DNA of 64,000 bases from an uncultured Candidatus Saccharibacteria bacterium (GCA_964507625.1 CAZDPR010000002.1:368-64367); one strand, 5' to 3'. Counted from the stretch's first letter, positions 40,313 through 50,197 are shown. Notes: generated by a model from the letters alone, not told the origin. Numbers and translations are program-made.

Positions 40313-42712
40313 ATGCCTAAGAAAATAATTAAAACAGAAAAGCATAAAGATATTTCTCTCGGGCAATATCAGCATACAAAAAATAAACGAGCGAATAATC
40401 CTCAAGTAGGTCTCGTTAGTAGTGCTTTAGATTCAAAACCAAAGAAAAAAACCTACCAACATGATCCTTATATCGATCCTACTCTATCTTGGGCTGGAAA
40501 AACTGAAGGAACTTCATTTGATGTAGATACTGTATCACTTCATATTCACGAGCGAATTGACCCAAAGAGAATAATTAAACAGGTTCTAAAGAAAACACCG
40601 GAAACAACCCAGATTCAGCCATCTCTTTTTGAACAACCTAGTGAAAACTTTAATACAGAAAAAGAATTTGATTTTTACAGCCATACAAAAAACTGGTCCA
40701 ATCGTCTTATTGCAGGAGACAGTCTTTTGGTGATGAACTCTCTTCTAGAGAAAGAAAATATGGCTGGAAAAGTACAGATGATTTACATAGATCCTCCATA
40801 TGGAATTAAATATAATTCTAACTTTCAACCTTTTACAAATAAAAGAGACGTAAAAGATAAAGATGATGATAGTATTCCAGCAGAACCAGAAATGATAAAA
40901 GCATTTCGTGATACTTGGGAACTAGGCATACATAGCTATTTAACACACCTTAGGGATAGATTATTACTAGCAAAAGATTTGCTCCACGAGACAGGTAGTG
41001 TTTTTGTTCAAATTTCTGATGAAAATGTACATCTTGTAAGAAATATCTTAGACGAAGTATTCGGACAGGAAAATTTTGTTTGTCAGATTGGTTTCAGGAC
41101 AACAATGACCAAACCAACAAAAACATTAAACAATGTTTTTGACTATATATTGTGGTTTTCTCGCAATAAAAATTATAAATTTCATGAATTATTTGTACCA
41201 AGATCAAAAGATGATGTTGATGGTTACAAGGTGCAAGATCTTGTGGCTTCTTCACCACAAACGATGTACGAATACGAATTTAAAGGAAAAAAATATAATC
41301 CTAAAAATGGTTGGCGTCTACCGAAAGATAGTTTAGATAAACTTGTAGAAGCTGGGAAAGTTGTTGTGAGTGGTAATAATCTAGGATATTTGAGGCCCTA
41401 CTCTGATTTTCCATTTGTTCAGTTAGATAATATCTGGAATAAACAGTTGTCTGAAAACAAAAAAATATATGTTGTGCAAACAAACACCGAGGTTGTTCAA
41501 AAGTGTATGCTAATGACAACTGATCCTGGAGATTTGGTATTTGATCCAACGTGTGGATCAGGAACAACTGCTTTTGTTGCTGAACAATGGGGTCGTCGTT
41601 GGATTACTTGTGACACTTCTCGTGTAGCTATTCAACTTGCCAAACAAAGAATAATGACCGGAAATTTTGAATACTTTGATTTAGCTCAAGAACAAGAGGG
41701 AGTTTCTTCTGGATTTAAATATCGAACTGTTCCGCATATAACATTAGGTAGTATTACAAAAGGTGAAAATAATGAAGAAACTCTATACGATCAACCAGTT
41801 GTTATAAAAGATAAAATACGAGTTGCTGGGCCATTTACCGTAGAAGCAGTTCCAGGAATAAGAACAAAACCAATTGAAGGAAATCTTCCAGATGTTTCTG
41901 ATAAAACAAATCCAACAAATCCAATTTCTGAAAAATTAAATGATTATCTGGATAGTATTCGTACATCCGGTATTCGCTCATACAACAACGAAGGAATTAC
42001 ATTCAATAGTGTAGAAGTTGCTGAGGGTTTTGCTGAAATTCATGCATTTGGAAATATAGATAGCAATGGCGATTATAAAAAATGTGCGATTGTTTTTGGT
42101 CCTGATTATGCACCACTTGAACAAACTCAAGTTGAACGAACAATGGATGAAATCAGATCAATGTCTGAAAAACCAAACATGGTGGTATTTTGTTCTTACG
42201 CTTTTGATCCTGAAGCATCAAAAGATATAGATAATATAAAAATTCCTGGCCTACAAATTCTTAAAGCCCAGATGAATACTGACTTACTCACAAAGGATCT
42301 TAAAAAGAAGGTAAATACCAATAGACCATTCTGGCTTATTGGTGAACCTGACATTGCTATCACAACAACAAAAGATGGAAAGTATCAGATTGAAGTAAAA
42401 GGTTTTGATTATTACGATCCAAGAACTCAAGAACTTAAGGGTGGTGGCACAGATAAAATTGCAGTATGGATGCTCGATACTGATTATGATAATAGATCAC
42501 TATTTCCTTCTCAGATATTCTTTCCAATGCAAGATGATAAACGAGATTGGACCAAACTCGCCAAAGCATTGAATGGGAATGTCGATGAGGAATTACTTGA
42601 ACAATATACCGGCACAATATCTATACCGTTTACATTAGGAGAAAAAAGAACCATTGCGGTCAAAATAGTCGATGATCGAGGGGTTGAAATGCTAATTGTA
42701 AAGAAAATATAA
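40313..42712 (+). CDS. mod: Type III restriction-modification system methyltransferase subunit (Mod), N6-adenine beta-class
   Basis: Motif IV IYIDPPYG precedes motif I FDPTCGSGTT (beta permutation) with a variable TRD between them; 799 aa. Confidence 0.8.
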   Translation: MPKKIIKTEKHKDISLGQYQHTKNKRANNPQVGLVSSALDSKPKKKTYQHDPYIDPTLSWAGKTEGTSFDVDTVSLHIHERIDPKRIIKQVLKKTPETTQIQPSLFEQPSENFNTEKEFDFYSHTKNWSNRLIAGDSLLVMNSLLEKENMAGKVQMIYIDPPYGIKYNSNFQPFTNKRDVKDKDDDSIPAEPEMIKAFRDTWELGIHSYLTHLRDRLLLAKDLLHETGSVFVQISDENVHLVRNILDEVFGQENFVCQIGFRTTMTKPTKTLNNVFDYILWFSRNKNYKFHELFVPRSKDDVDGYKVQDLVASSPQTMYEYEFKGKKYNPKNGWRLPKDSLDKLVEAGKVVVSGNNLGYLRPYSDFPFVQLDNIWNKQLSENKKIYVVQTNTEVVQKCMLMTTDPGDLVFDPTCGSGTTAFVAEQWGRRWITCDTSRVAIQLAKQRIMTGNFEYFDLAQEQEGVSSGFKYRTVPHITLGSITKGENNEETLYDQPVVIKDKIRVAGPFTVEAVPGIRTKPIEGNLPDVSDKTNPTNPISEKLNDYLDSIRTSGIRSYNNEGITFNSVEVAEGFAEIHAFGNIDSNGDYKKCAIVFGPDYAPLEQTQVERTMDEIRSMSEKPNMVVFCSYAFDPEASKDIDNIKIPGLQILKAQMNTDLLTKDLKKKVNTNRPFWLIGEPDIAITTTKDGKYQIEVKGFDYYDPRTQELKGGGTDKIAVWMLDTDYDNRSLFPSQIFFPMQDDKRDWTKLAKALNGNVDEELLEQYTGTISIPFTLGEKRTIAVKIVDDRGVEMLIVKKI

Positions 42713-42716
42713 AATT

Positions 42717-45443
42717 ATGGAACAAAAACATCAAAACACAGGGTTCGTCATAAACTCTCCATACTTCGAACCAAAGTATCATTTTGAATATGACGAAAAT
42801 GCTGAAAGTTACCACAAGCAGGATGGTCGTAGAAAAGCTGGATATTATGCAACAGTTGGTAAACAAGAAGCAGGAAAAGGTGCTACACAATTTTTAGAGC
42901 TTAAACTCGCGAATATGATTCGCCCTCGAGTTAAAGAATGGAAAGAAGCCGGCTATCCAAATGTAACTTCTACAACCAAAAAGCTTTTAGAGCATTGGAA
43001 TAGATTCGACAGAGAAGAATTTGAACAAGGTGGCCGTAGATATTTTTGGTGTCAGATTGAAGCAATTGAAACCATTATCTGGCTTACAGAAGCACCAGAT
43101 TCAGCAAGGGTAGGAATCAACATAAAAGATCACAGTGATAGTGACTGGGTCCGTGCATGTACAAAATTAGCAACTGGTACTGGGAAAACAGTTGTCATGG
43201 CAATGATAATTGCATGGCAGTCACTAAATAAAATAGCGAATCCAAAAGATACGAGGTTTTCAAAGAACATACTAGTTATGGCTCCGGGAATTACGGTTAG
43301 GCAACGATTGGATGTATTGGTTCCAAGTAATGAATCAAACTATTACGATGTTTTTGATATAGTTCCACCGTCTCTAAAAGAGTATTTATACCAATCAAAG
43401 GTTGTTGTTCTAAACTGGCACGCACTTGCTCCAAAGAAAAAAGAATCATTGCCAAAAGTTATGAGAGATATGATGGGCGAAGAAAGTGACTCTGCTTTTG
43501 CAAAAAGAGTTTTATCTGAATTTCCTGGCGATACACCAATTGTGGTCATAAATGATGAAGCTCATCACTGCCATAGGCATACAGCCGAAATAGGAAAATC
43601 AAAAGAAGAAAAAGATCTAGAAAAGAAAGAAAATGAAGAAGCGACAATCTGGGTTCAAGGATTAGATAAAATACATAAGGCAAGAGGTATTATTACCACT
43701 TATGATCTTTCTGCTACTCCATTCGTTCCAAAAGGACGTACATCAAATACCGGTTTTGAATTATTTAATTGGATAATATCTGATTTTGGACTACATGATG
43801 CAATCGAATCTGGTCTCGTTAAAACACCAACTGTGGCTGTTAGAGATAGTTCTTATGGTTCAGAAAAGATGCAAAATGACCGATCTAAACTCTTCCATAT
43901 TTACTATGAGGAAGGTATTAAGGAAAATCTAAATCAAAAATGTGAGCCGAATGTTGATCTTCCTGACTTAGTAAGAAGTGCCTTTAAGATTCTGTCCACT
44001 GACTGGTTGGCAACCAAGAATGATTGGCAAAAAGGAGTTCCTCCTTCAATGATTGTAATTTGTAATAATACTTTTACTTCGCAAAGAATTGAATACTCTA
44101 TCCTAAATAGTCACTTAGGTGTTTCAGAAATTTCAGAAAAAGAAGGCGTACTTCGTATTGATAGTACGGCCGAAGATATAGAAGATGAGGTGCTAAGAGA
44201 GAAATTTAATACTGTTGGTAAAAAAGGTAAGCCGGGTGAAAATATCCAATGTGTAATCGGTGTAAACATGCTCTCTGAAGGATGGGATGCAAATAATGTT
44301 AAGCAGATACTTGGATTACGTGCGTTTACTTCACAGCTTCTTTGTGAGCAGGTTGTTGGTCGTGGGTTGCGAAGAATGAGTTATGATGTCGATGAAAATA
44401 CTGGGTTATTAAAACCAGAATATGTAACCGTGTTTGGTATTCCGTTCAGCTTCCTTCCAATTGAAGGTAAAGATCAAGATAAGCCAGAGAATGAAAAACC
44501 AAAAACATTTATTCAAGTACTACCACAAAAGAAGCAATATCAAATTCTTTTTCCTAACATACTAAGAATACAAAAAGAAACCGAATACTTTGTTGATATT
44601 GATTGGTCAAAAACAGAGAAATTGACGTTATCTCCAACCGAAAATCCTGTATGGGTCCAAGTTGCTCCAACAATTGACCGTCCTGATCTTTCACAATCGC
44701 AAAAAATGGATTCAATCCAAGAATATCTTGGCAAGGATTACAGATTAAAACAAAGCATTTTTGCGATTACAACAAGTATTAAAACTGGCCTTGATAGTAC
44801 CTGGAATAACATTGATGATGGAAATAAGTTCCAGCAGATATTTAACATTGTGTCTGAATTTATAGAAAAGAATGTAATTATTGATGCTGATAAAACTAAT
44901 CACGATATCTATAAAAACATATTGATTGGATTAAATACCACAAAAATTACTTCTATGGTTCGAGAAGCCATCAATCTAAGTCAAAACACAAAATCATATC
45001 CGATTCCAGATCCAATCAATAAGTTTAAAACCACAGCAGTTATGACTCCGTGGTATACAACCAAAGACACCTACTCATCACCAGAGATGAAATGTCATAT
45101 AAGCCATTTGGTTAGTGACAGTAAATGGGAAAATATAGGAAAAATTCTTGATAACGAAATTGATGATGTTGTAGCGTGGGTTAAAAATGACCACTTAGCA
45201 TTTACCATCCCATATGTTCATAAGGGTTTAATGAGATCATATTTCCCAGACTTTATTGTTAAGTATTCTGGCAATAGATACCTTCTTCTTGAGATAAAAG
45301 GAAAAGAAAGAGAGCAAGATCAAACGAAATGGGAATCAGCGAAAATGTGGTGCGAAGCATTAAATTCAGATAAGGATTCTTGGGGCGAATGGCAATTTAG
45401 AGTGATTAAAAACAAACCGACAATTTCGGATTTAATCTGGTAA
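42717..45443 (+). CDS. res: Type III restriction enzyme Res subunit (SF2 helicase plus PD-(D/E)xK endonuclease)
   Basis: Walker A LATGTGKT, DEAH box VINDEAHH, helicase motifs, and C-terminal PDF...LLEIKGK nuclease motif; starts 4 nt after mod. Confidence 0.8.
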   Translation: MEQKHQNTGFVINSPYFEPKYHFEYDENAESYHKQDGRRKAGYYATVGKQEAGKGATQFLELKLANMIRPRVKEWKEAGYPNVTSTTKKLLEHWNRFDREEFEQGGRRYFWCQIEAIETIIWLTEAPDSARVGINIKDHSDSDWVRACTKLATGTGKTVVMAMIIAWQSLNKIANPKDTRFSKNILVMAPGITVRQRLDVLVPSNESNYYDVFDIVPPSLKEYLYQSKVVVLNWHALAPKKKESLPKVMRDMMGEESDSAFAKRVLSEFPGDTPIVVINDEAHHCHRHTAEIGKSKEEKDLEKKENEEATIWVQGLDKIHKARGIITTYDLSATPFVPKGRTSNTGFELFNWIISDFGLHDAIESGLVKTPTVAVRDSSYGSEKMQNDRSKLFHIYYEEGIKENLNQKCEPNVDLPDLVRSAFKILSTDWLATKNDWQKGVPPSMIVICNNTFTSQRIEYSILNSHLGVSEISEKEGVLRIDSTAEDIEDEVLREKFNTVGKKGKPGENIQCVIGVNMLSEGWDANNVKQILGLRAFTSQLLCEQVVGRGLRRMSYDVDENTGLLKPEYVTVFGIPFSFLPIEGKDQDKPENEKPKTFIQVLPQKKQYQILFPNILRIQKETEYFVDIDWSKTEKLTLSPTENPVWVQVAPTIDRPDLSQSQKMDSIQEYLGKDYRLKQSIFAITTSIKTGLDSTWNNIDDGNKFQQIFNIVSEFIEKNVIIDADKTNHDIYKNILIGLNTTKITSMVREAINLSQNTKSYPIPDPINKFKTTAVMTPWYTTKDTYSSPEMKCHISHLVSDSKWENIGKILDNEIDDVVAWVKNDHLAFTIPYVHKGLMRSYFPDFIVKYSGNRYLLLEIKGKEREQDQTKWESAKMWCEALNSDKDSWGEWQFRVIKNKPTISDLIW

Positions 45444-46760
45444 ATTTAATTTTATATTTTTATTACTTAAGTAAATTTTACTCTTAAAACAGGTCAATAA
45501 TTCTCGTTTTTCCTCGATCAATCCGTTTTTCAAAATAAATTTGGCGTAGTCTCTGATGTCTACGTCTTTTATTTGTATTTGCTGTTTTGTATTTAATACA
45601 GATTGATTAAAGCGTTTGATTCGCTCAACTTCATATTTTATTTTCTCTCTCATTCCAATCTCATTAATATTTACCTGATCAACTAACTTTTCAAATTGCT
45701 GTATTAGTTCGACTTCGTTTATATACCCACACTTACAGTTTTTATCTTTTGATCTCGTACACCCATAGTAGATATGTCTATTTACTGATCCGTCTTTGAG
45801 TTTTTTAAATTTTTCATCTGCACATACACCAGAACCACAAAGTCCGCAAGTCATCATTTTTGTGAAAGCAAATTCCTTTGGTTCTTGGGTCCGTAGTACT
45901 TGGCTTTTAACCTGCCCTTGGACCAATTCAAAAAGTTCTTTATTGATTATCGGTTCGTGTTTTCCTGTATAAAAATTTCCACTCTTTCGAGGATATTCAA
46001 AAACCCCATAATAGAATGGGTTTTGAAGTATGAGATAAATGTTGCTAAGGGTAAGACCCTTGTTACCACTACGAGTTTTGAAGTTTAAATCAAATTTAAG
46101 CCAGTGGTACAGTTTTCTTCCTGACCACTTTTTGTATGCTACTTTTTCAAACATTTGTTTAACTATTGGTGCTCGTTCTGGATCTATAACAACCTCACAT
46201 TTTTTATCCATCCGTTTCTCATTAAGATAACCAATTACAGCAGGACCTGGACGAAGACCCATTTCACACCTAGTTCGTAGACCTCGTTTTACATTAATAC
46301 TTTTATTATCATTTTCTAGCTTTGCCTGAGAACAAAGAATCATTAATAGAAATTTCTCGTTCGGTGAATTCTTAAAGTGTTGTCCATAAGTTCTGATTTC
46401 AACTATCTTCTTTTCATCCATAAGATCTACCACGGACCCAAGATCTCCTGCATTACGTGAGAGACGATCTGGTGCCCATGTAAGTATGCCAGTATATCTT
46501 CCTCGTCGTATATCGTCTAGAACTTCTTTAAAAACTGGTCTTTGCCCAGACTCCTTTGCACTATGAGACTCTCGTCTAATATCTATAACCTCGAGTCCTT
46601 CACGATCCGCAATGACCAGCATTTCCTTTACTTGGGATTCAATAGATAGTGCCTGTTTCTCGTCAGATTCGGTTGATTTTCGAGCGTACAAAACATATCT
46701 AACCTTGGTTTGAGGTATCTCGGTTCGTACCCCCAGATTGGTTGTATATTGCGTTTCCAT
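45432..46760 (-). CDS. Large serine recombinase (resolvase/invertase N-domain plus recombinase and zinc-ribbon domains)
   Basis: Catalytic N-domain YARKSTESDEKQALSIESQ...TWAPDRLSRN; zinc ribbon CGLCGSG...YYGCTRSKDKNCKC; C-terminal coiled coil; 3' end overlaps the res 3' end by 12 nt. Confidence 0.8.
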   Translation of the reverse strand: METQYTTNLGVRTEIPQTKVRYVLYARKSTESDEKQALSIESQVKEMLVIADREGLEVIDIRRESHSAKESGQRPVFKEVLDDIRRGRYTGILTWAPDRLSRNAGDLGSVVDLMDEKKIVEIRTYGQHFKNSPNEKFLLMILCSQAKLENDNKSINVKRGLRTRCEMGLRPGPAVIGYLNEKRMDKKCEVVIDPERAPIVKQMFEKVAYKKWSGRKLYHWLKFDLNFKTRSGNKGLTLSNIYLILQNPFYYGVFEYPRKSGNFYTGKHEPIINKELFELVQGQVKSQVLRTQEPKEFAFTKMMTCGLCGSGVCADEKFKKLKDGSVNRHIYYGCTRSKDKNCKCGYINEVELIQQFEKLVDQVNINEIGMREKIKYEVERIKRFNQSVLNTKQQIQIKDVDIRDYAKFILKNGLIEEKRELLTCFKSKIYLSNKNIKLNLPD

Positions 46761-46850
46761 ACTATATTAATGACAGACCAGTTGGTAGTGCATAGTCTAT
46801 GCAGAAGTAGAAATACGTAGCATACTCGCGGTTAGTTTTTAACTGCTTTT

Positions 46851-47939
46851 TTACTTTCTTTTCAATGAAATTACATTTACTTCTTGTTCATTATTAGAGT
46901 CAAGAGCGCTTACTTTTCCTAATCCATTTTTTTGAGATTCTCTATTAAGTTGTATTCTAAAATCTGTACCGTTTGTAATAATATTTTTTATTTCATTTTC
47001 TGTATAATCCCATACAAAATTTCTTCCGAAGTGACCCCATGTGGCAGTATCTTTAAACTCTATTTGTTCTAGTTTTAATATCTTTCTAATCCCACTTGGA
47101 CTTAAATCATAATCTGTGATTTGGATTTCTTTTCCGTCAACTATTGCAATTGCCATTACTGGTTCTTTTTTACCTATTGAATATGCAAGTTTAGTAAACA
47201 CTTCACGAGCATTGTATTTTTGTAACAAGTCTATTGCAATCTTACGTGCCATATATGCACCTGAACGATCTACCTTTGTATAGTCCTTACCAGAAAATGA
47301 ACCTCCACCGATTGGTATATTTGGACCATAATTATCAATTACAAGTTTTCTTCCTGAAAGACCTGTATCTGCATCGAAACCTCCCTGAGACCATTCTCCA
47401 GCTGTATTAATTAAATACTCATCTGAATTTATACATTCTTTTACTAATCTGAGTAGTTCTTCATTTTTTGTATTTTGAAAACTAACCACTACACTTGTTA
47501 CATAACCATCATCTATGGTTACTTGTGTCTTTCCATCAAATGGATACTGTTCATATACTTTCTGGCATAAATTTCTAGCAAGTACATATTCTAATGGTAA
47601 TAATTCTTCTGTTTCTGATGTTGCATATCCGTTCATTATCCCTTGATCTCCTGCACCTCCTGTATCCACTCCGTTTGCGATTTCCTGACTTTGTAATGAT
47701 AAATTTACTAATACTTTAAATTCATTACCTACAATATCTTTCACAATTTTCTCAATATCTATCTTTGCTGTAGATGTTACTTCTCCGTTGATAGTTACTA
47801 ATCCGTGTCCTCCCATTACCTCAACCGCTACACGACTATCCTTATCTTGTTCTAAATACGCATCTAAAATACTATCTGCTATGTAATCACAAATTTTATC
47901 TGGATGTTTTGGGCTCACAAATTCTGCTGTTTTAATCAT
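46851..47939 (-). CDS. metK: S-adenosylmethionine synthetase (compact bacterial type)
   Basis: SPKHPDKICDYIADSILD, GAGDQG, GGGSFSGKDYTKVDRSGAYMAR motifs; start set at MIKTAEF. The longer ORF merely reads through the riboswitch leader. Confidence 0.85.
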   Translation of the reverse strand: MIKTAEFVSPKHPDKICDYIADSILDAYLEQDKDSRVAVEVMGGHGLVTINGEVTSTAKIDIEKIVKDIVGNEFKVLVNLSLQSQEIANGVDTGGAGDQGIMNGYATSETEELLPLEYVLARNLCQKVYEQYPFDGKTQVTIDDGYVTSVVVSFQNTKNEELLRLVKECINSDEYLINTAGEWSQGGFDADTGLSGRKLVIDNYGPNIPIGGGSFSGKDYTKVDRSGAYMARKIAIDLLQKYNAREVFTKLAYSIGKKEPVMAIAIVDGKEIQITDYDLSPSGIRKILKLEQIEFKDTATWGHFGRNFVWDYTENEIKNIITNGTDFRIQLNRESQKNGLGKVSALDSNNEQEVNVISLKRK

Positions 47940-47944
47940 AAAAA

Positions 47945-48110
47945 AATAAAAAAATCTTCTGTTAAGAAGAAAGATTTTTTCACGTTGACGAGACGTAAAG
48001 ATATCTTTCCTGACATTTTCATGTCTGGCTGGAATTAGCACCTACTTACTTTACTAAGGGTTGCTGATGGGTCATTGAGCCAGTTGCTCTCGCCATACTC
48101 TAGATAACTT
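47945..48110 (-). promoter_or_regulatory. SAM-I (S-box) riboswitch with terminator expression platform in the metK leader
   Basis: The minus-strand RNA reads UUAUCUAGAGUAUGGCGAGAGCAACUGGCUCAAUGACCCAUCAGCAACC...GGUGCUAAUUCCAGCCAGACAUGAAAAUGUCAGGAAAGAUAUCU. These match the S-box blocks (P1 UUAUC..GAUA, GGC..AUGA k-turn, GCAACC, GGUGCUAAUUCCAGC, GAAAGAU), and a hairpin plus U-run follows. Confidence 0.6.
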
Positions 48111-48328
48111 ATTCAGTTGTAAAAGGATTATATCAGGAAATTAAAATAATACAAAAGTTTCTTGAAATGATATACTTTTACATATGCACATCATTGCGAT
48201 TATAGTCCTATTAATCATTGCTATCATCCTGAAAAAATATGTTGGTGACGATGATGATAATGAACCAAGTAATACAAATACGTTATTACTGTTTTCTGCG
48301 TTGAATAAAAAGGATAGAAATGACTAAG

Positions 48329-49603
48329 TTAAACCGTCTCTCCTAAGTACGGAATATATAACTCTTTTCCACTTTTCTTTATCCGATCAAAGAAACTTGC
48401 CTGATTTGCACCTTCTCGTGCAGACCGTTGTCGTAATATTCCTTTCATACTGGATGCCATGTGAACAATATGTCTACCATGTTTTTTATTGAGCCCATCT
48501 ACAGTTTTAAATATGTCTGCGATGTCATTGTTTGTTTGATGATAACTAAACAGATCTTCTTGGACATATACTTCATCGATTAAATCTGTCAGTGTCACTC
48601 CGGTTGTTTTATATATCTTACCCTGGGTAGATATACGATCAAACTGTTCTCGGATTCTACCTAATATTACGTTAGGTAGGTTTGAAGGTTCATCCAGTTT
48701 AATCTGATATGTCTCAAATTTAATCTCTTTGGTCTTGATAAACCATGTTACTGTCTTTGCTCGTAGATCGTGATTTCGTGCCTTTATACAGGCATTTTCA
48801 GCGTTTCGTGACAGCTCTGCGAACAGTTCTTCCTTATCTGTTTTGAACGGAAAGAAGCTCAGGGTTCGAGAAATAGATTTAGGATTCTCTCCTGGTTCCA
48901 AATCCAACAGATACTTTTGTTTGCAGTTTAATTCGTACCAGAGGTCAATCAAAGGTTTGTGAGCAAAAGAAAGTAATCGCTCTTCAGACAAATTCACAAA
49001 GTCGTCTGCGGTGATAATACCTTTTTTAATTAATAAATTCGTTGAACTTACACCAATACCCCAAACATTTCCGACAGGTAGTTTAGATAAAAATTCATGA
49101 AAGTTTTCCTTGGTAATCATTGCTATTCCGTGTGGTTTATTCCATTTGGATCCCACCTTTGCAAGTACTTTTGTAGGACCACATCCAATAGAAACTGAAA
49201 TGTTTAATTCTTTTTGTATGTCATCCTGTATGTTTCGAAGGATTTGTTCGTGACTCATATTGTTAATACGGTCATAGTCTGTGATATCTGCAAAACATTC
49301 ATCAATGCTATATTCTTCTACCAGATCCGTATATCTACGAACTACTGCAAACATTCTACGTGAGTACATAGCATATGCTTCATAGTCCGAGGATACGATT
49401 ATGGCCTGAGGAAAATCTTTCTTGATCTGATATACCGGCATACCACGGGTAATACCGATTGCTTTTGCTTCATAGGACATAGAGGTTGCAATACCTCGTT
49501 CATGACCAGTTACTACTGGCTTGCCGTATAGTGCTGGATTTTTTGCAGACTCAACAGAGGCGAAAAAAGAATCCGCATCTAGATGTAAAATGTATTTAGT
49601 CAT
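48329..49603 (-). CDS. Y-family translesion DNA polymerase (UmuC/Pol V-like)
   Basis: LHLDADSFFASVE, YSIDECFADITD catalytic motifs; overall closer to UmuC-type than DinB by N-terminal pattern. Confidence 0.8.
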   Translation of the reverse strand: MTKYILHLDADSFFASVESAKNPALYGKPVVTGHERGIATSMSYEAKAIGITRGMPVYQIKKDFPQAIIVSSDYEAYAMYSRRMFAVVRRYTDLVEEYSIDECFADITDYDRINNMSHEQILRNIQDDIQKELNISVSIGCGPTKVLAKVGSKWNKPHGIAMITKENFHEFLSKLPVGNVWGIGVSSTNLLIKKGIITADDFVNLSEERLLSFAHKPLIDLWYELNCKQKYLLDLEPGENPKSISRTLSFFPFKTDKEELFAELSRNAENACIKARNHDLRAKTVTWFIKTKEIKFETYQIKLDEPSNLPNVILGRIREQFDRISTQGKIYKTTGVTLTDLIDEVYVQEDLFSYHQTNNDIADIFKTVDGLNKKHGRHIVHMASSMKGILRQRSAREGANQASFFDRIKKSGKELYIPYLGETV

Positions 49604-49604
49604 A

Positions 49605-50165
49605 TTAGTATTTTCTAATTACTGCAGTAACGACTCCTTGGATACGGAGTTCTTCTTTTGGATAAATTGGTTTGAATGCTTTATTGGCAGGTTCCAGAAA
49701 TATTTTCCCGTCTTTCTTACGCAAATACTTCAAAGTATATTCACCATCTACTTCAGCAACAACAATTTTGTCTGGCTTTGCATTTTCTGTTCGATCGATA
49801 AGAATCATATCACCATCCAATATCCCTGCATCTTTCATGGAATCCCCTTTAACAGAAAGCATGTAGGTTGCTTCTTTGTGATCTATTAATAACTCATCGA
49901 GCGATAATGTGTTTGATGCGTCTTCGTCTGCAATAGTTGGAAAACCTGCTTCAACTAATCCAAGTACTTTCAACATAAAGAATTCTGGACCTCTTACGAT
50001 CTTTTTGTTTTCACGAACAAGAAACCCATCTTCAATTAATTTATTTACGTAATACAAAACACTACCCTTTGAGGAGTACCCTAAAAGAACCTCCATTTCC
50101 TTATAGGTAGGGAGACGCTTGTGATCTATATAGAAATTTCTGATCTTTAATTTCTTTGGATCCAT
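49605..50165 (-). CDS. lexA: LexA-like repressor (winged HTH plus S24 self-cleaving peptidase)
   Basis: N-terminal LexA DNA-binding-like helix region; S24 Ser/Lys dyad (VKGDSMKDAGILDGD...K); stop 1 nt before the polymerase start. Confidence 0.7.
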   Translation of the reverse strand: MDPKKLKIRNFYIDHKRLPTYKEMEVLLGYSSKGSVLYYVNKLIEDGFLVRENKKIVRGPEFFMLKVLGLVEAGFPTIADEDASNTLSLDELLIDHKEATYMLSVKGDSMKDAGILDGDMILIDRTENAKPDKIVVAEVDGEYTLKYLRKKDGKIFLEPANKAFKPIYPKEELRIQGVVTAVIRKY

Positions 50166-50179
50166 ATGGGTCTAGTATA

Positions 50180-50197
50180 TTCGTACTAACGTACGAA
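50180..50197. promoter_or_regulatory. Candidate operator: inverted repeat TTCGTAC-N4-GTACGAA directly upstream of lexA-like gene
   Basis: 7+7 bp perfect dyad 15 bp from the lexA start codon; resembles Cheo/LexA-box architecture (CGAAC-type half sites). Confidence 0.3.

Noticed and set aside
46851-47939. metK as phage/island cargo (given its position between a recombinase and SOS/phage genes)
   Set aside because: A canonical S-box riboswitch leader and a host-like low GC indicate a native, SAM-regulated housekeeping gene. It more likely marks the chromosomal boundary between two inserted elements.
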